A stretch of 24,000 bases of DNA, taken from contig DUTT01000034.1 of the NCBI GenBank assembly GCA_012841925.1, forward strand, positions 32,462 through 56,461, read 5' to 3'. Below are positions 21,950 to 24,000 of this stretch, piece after piece; position 1 is the first letter of the stretch; every line of letters starts with the position of its first letter. The notes beneath the pieces are model-generated. The model worked only from the letters and a program-made list of their open reading frames with translations. It did no database searches and was not told the origin of the DNA. This DNA comes from Clostridiales bacterium. Lineage in GTDB: Bacteria; Bacillota; Clostridia; Peptostreptococcales; Anaerovoracaceae. A program made the position numbers and the translations under genes.

Positions 21950-23527
21950 ATGAGGAAAAATAATAGCTCAAAGGGATTTATTTCGAAGTACATCGGATTT
22001 GTTCCGCTTATAGCGCTGATATTGATCGTCTTTTTTGCACGCGAATCTCTTGTAAACGGAATCAAGGGGTGGGGTACGCCAAAGCCCCGGGGTGAAGGAC
22101 CTCCGCTTCTGGAAAAGCAGATGTTCGTCCGCGACCGTTACATCAGACGGGAGATCACAGATCCCGATCGAACGGTTTCGCTGGGAAGCGCAACGCTGAC
22201 GGCGCAGACGTTTTCCGGAGCTGACATGAGCGTTACGGAAACGAAGATTGAACTGGAAAATGGAGACGTGTTTCATCATACACTGATTCCTCATTCTCAA
22301 TATCTGGATGCGTACAATAAGTATAAGCTCGTCATCCACTACGAATTTAAGCGTGGCTGGGTGACGTATTTCGATCCGGAGACCGAAAAGTGGGTATACA
22401 ACAAGCGGCTGCGCGGCGGCATCTCGTTCCCGACGAACATGGCCTTCGTCAATATCGAAAACGAAACATACCTCGTATTCGACCAGACCTATGCTTACAG
22501 CGACGGTGAAGATGGCAACGTGATTGCGCGCGACGATGCTATGGGGCGCATATTCGTGAGTCACCGGGGCTACGGATTCGATTTTCTGATCGGCTATGCC
22601 ATGGAGGAAGGCGTGCGCTCTGAAATGTGGACGCTGGAGAGCAAAGAGCCGCTCGTCGACCTCGACAATCCGGAAGCGACGTTTGCAACCGGCGAAACGA
22701 GCTCCGAGTTCTGGCAACGCTGCGCGTACGGAAAAAATCATCGCTTTCTGATCGACGGTTATTACAGCCGCACGCCCGAGAGCTATTCGGGATATCAGGA
22801 AAATGCCTTCTGGCGCAATCCCGGTGTGCATATACCGTACAACTATATCCTTTACGGCAACGATCGGGCATCCTACGACCTGGGATACATTCAACTGTAC
22901 CTCTCAAGTCTGAATATGGAAGAGGAAGGATACTTTAAGACGGAGCCGGAGAGCGCCTGGCTGCAGGATGCGTACGGCATTCCCGGCGGCTACTACGATA
23001 CGCGTTTTAATGCGGATATGGGAGTTGCTCTGATTAAGGCCTACCAAAAGTACGGCGAGCCGCACTTTCTCAGGCAGGCCGAACGCATGCTTGCTTTCTT
23101 TAAGGGCTTCGCTGCAGATCACCATTATTCCTTCTACAGCGACGGGACCGACGAAGGCTGGCTCATTGAGGATTACTGGCATCGCGACGGCGGTTACGAG
23201 CCGGTGCACTCCGCGCTGAATCATCAGGTGCAGGAAACGCTGTTTGTATATCTGGCCGGGGATGCGCTCGACGATGCGGAAGCTCTCGCGCTTGCGGATA
23301 CGATGCTCAAAGGCATCGAAATGACGAGCGATATCTGGACAAAACCCTCCGGAGATCTTCACTATGGATATACGCCGGAAGGGACATTCGACCGACAGGA
23401 TTACCCGGATCTTACCTATCACGACATGATCCGTCTGCAGGCGCAGCTTGAGGAGTTGGGGCGCGGTCGTAGCGCGGGCCTGGAGCGGCTGATTGCGTCA
23501 AAAAAGCGATTCATAGATTCGGAGTGA
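21950..23527 (+). CDS. Membrane-anchored exported protein of unknown function; C-terminal half possibly alpha/alpha-barrel (glucuronyl C5-epimerase-like)
   Basis: RBS GGGAGA is present. A single N-terminal TM or signal anchor (YIGFVPLIALILIVFFA) is followed by ~490 aa rich in Tyr, Trp and Asp. The segment NADMGVALIKAYQKYGEPHFLRQAERMLAFF, and later SALNHQVQETLFVYLAGD, resemble the helical-repeat motifs of C5-epimerase/AGE-type (alpha/alpha)6 proteins. This is a weak, by-eye resemblance only. Confidence 0.6.
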   Translation: MRKNNSSKGFISKYIGFVPLIALILIVFFARESLVNGIKGWGTPKPRGEGPPLLEKQMFVRDRYIRREITDPDRTVSLGSATLTAQTFSGADMSVTETKIELENGDVFHHTLIPHSQYLDAYNKYKLVIHYEFKRGWVTYFDPETEKWVYNKRLRGGISFPTNMAFVNIENETYLVFDQTYAYSDGEDGNVIARDDAMGRIFVSHRGYGFDFLIGYAMEEGVRSEMWTLESKEPLVDLDNPEATFATGETSSEFWQRCAYGKNHRFLIDGYYSRTPESYSGYQENAFWRNPGVHIPYNYILYGNDRASYDLGYIQLYLSSLNMEEEGYFKTEPESAWLQDAYGIPGGYYDTRFNADMGVALIKAYQKYGEPHFLRQAERMLAFFKGFAADHHYSFYSDGTDEGWLIEDYWHRDGGYEPVHSALNHQVQETLFVYLAGDALDDAEALALADTMLKGIEMTSDIWTKPSGDLHYGYTPEGTFDRQDYPDLTYHDMIRLQAQLEELGRGRSAGLERLIASKKRFIDSE

Positions 23528-23597
23528 TGCGCACCGGCTGTAACGAAGTCGCGCGGAGAGTGTGCTTCGCACATCGGAAGGAGAGAGGAGCCCGTAC

Positions 23598-24000
23598 ATG
23601 AAATGCCCGTTTTGTGAGAATCCGGATACGAAAGTTATCGATTCCCGGCCCACCGACGAAGGACAGGCGATTCGCAGACGCAGGGAGTGCGAAATGTGCC
23701 AGAAGCGATTTACGACCTACGAAAAGGTGGAAGAAGTCTTTTTTATGGTTGTGAAGCGCGACGGACGCCGGGAGGCGTTTGACCGTCACAAGGTTTTAAA
23801 CGGAGTGATTCGCGCCTGCGAGAAACGGCCGATCTCCATGGAAGAGATGGAGGCGCTCGTCGCCGATATCGAGCGCGGTTTAAACAATATGATGGAAAAG
23901 GAGATCAGCAGTGCGCTGATCGGCGAAATCGTCATGGATAAACTCAAGGAGTTGGACGAAGTGGCGTATGTTCGGTTTGCTTCGGTGTATCGTGAATTTA
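23598..24000 (+). CDS. nrdR: Transcriptional repressor NrdR (3' end lies outside the window)
   Basis: RBS GGAGAGAGGAG precedes ATG 23598. The zinc ribbon [42 protein letters not shown] is followed by the ATP-cone ([16 protein letters not shown]...[13 protein letters not shown]). The frame is open to nt 24000. Confidence 0.95.
   Translation, partial: MKCPFCENPDTKVIDSRPTDEGQAIRRRRECEMCQKRFTTYEKVEEVFFMVVKRDGRREAFDRHKVLNGVIRACEKRPISMEEMEALVADIERGLNNMMEKEISSALIGEIVMDKLKELDEVAYVRFASVYREF

Noticed and set aside
21968-22894. 308-aa - strand ORF (and 22904-23422, 172 aa) antisense to the 525-aa gene
   Set aside because: There is no RBS or promoter context, and the composition is Arg-rich and low-complexity. 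The + strand ORF is continuous for 525 codons with an RBS and a signal anchor, so the antisense frames are most likely by-products of codon bias.

Overview
This is a high-GC, Firmicutes/Clostridia-like chromosomal segment (gene order and protein motifs suggest Oscillospiraceae/Ruminococcaceae-type; this is a guess). It is densely coded, mostly on the + strand, and almost entirely core or housekeeping. In order: comEC (5' end off the window), holA, a fused Fe-S L-serine-dehydratase paralogue, and rlmN in a tightly coupled chain. Next come a small AT-richer two-gene unit (orphan P-loop NTPase plus CoA-pyrophosphatase-type Nudix), a convergent ATC-hydrolase-family gene, and a split chromate-transporter pair. 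These are followed by a solitary beta-class DNA methyltransferase and a monocistronic tRNA with its own promoter and terminator. After that: a LysO/DUF340 exporter pair, a YjjI-family glycyl-radical enzyme with its YjjW-type activase, and a NupNOPQ-type BMP-lipoprotein ABC importer. The window ends with lexA (- strand, two Cheo/SOS boxes), the L20-leader-infC-rpmI-rplT operon (infC with an ATT start), a MATE exporter, a 525-aa membrane-anchored protein of unknown function, and the start of nrdR. I found no CRISPR array, IS element, integrase, prophage or recognisable defence island. The items most worth follow-up are: (1) the YjjI/YjjW orphan glycyl-radical pair and its transporter neighbourhood; (2) an otherwise canonical tRNA whose anticodon loop reads UCGACAA, i.e. 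C rather than U at position 33; (3) the uncharacterised 525-aa exported protein; (4) the tiny P-loop NTPase/Nudix unit; (5) a serine-dehydratase paralogue that lacks both conserved beta-domain His motifs; (6) a solitary methyltransferase with an unassigned C-terminal domain. All homology statements come from motif recognition by eye, not from database searches.
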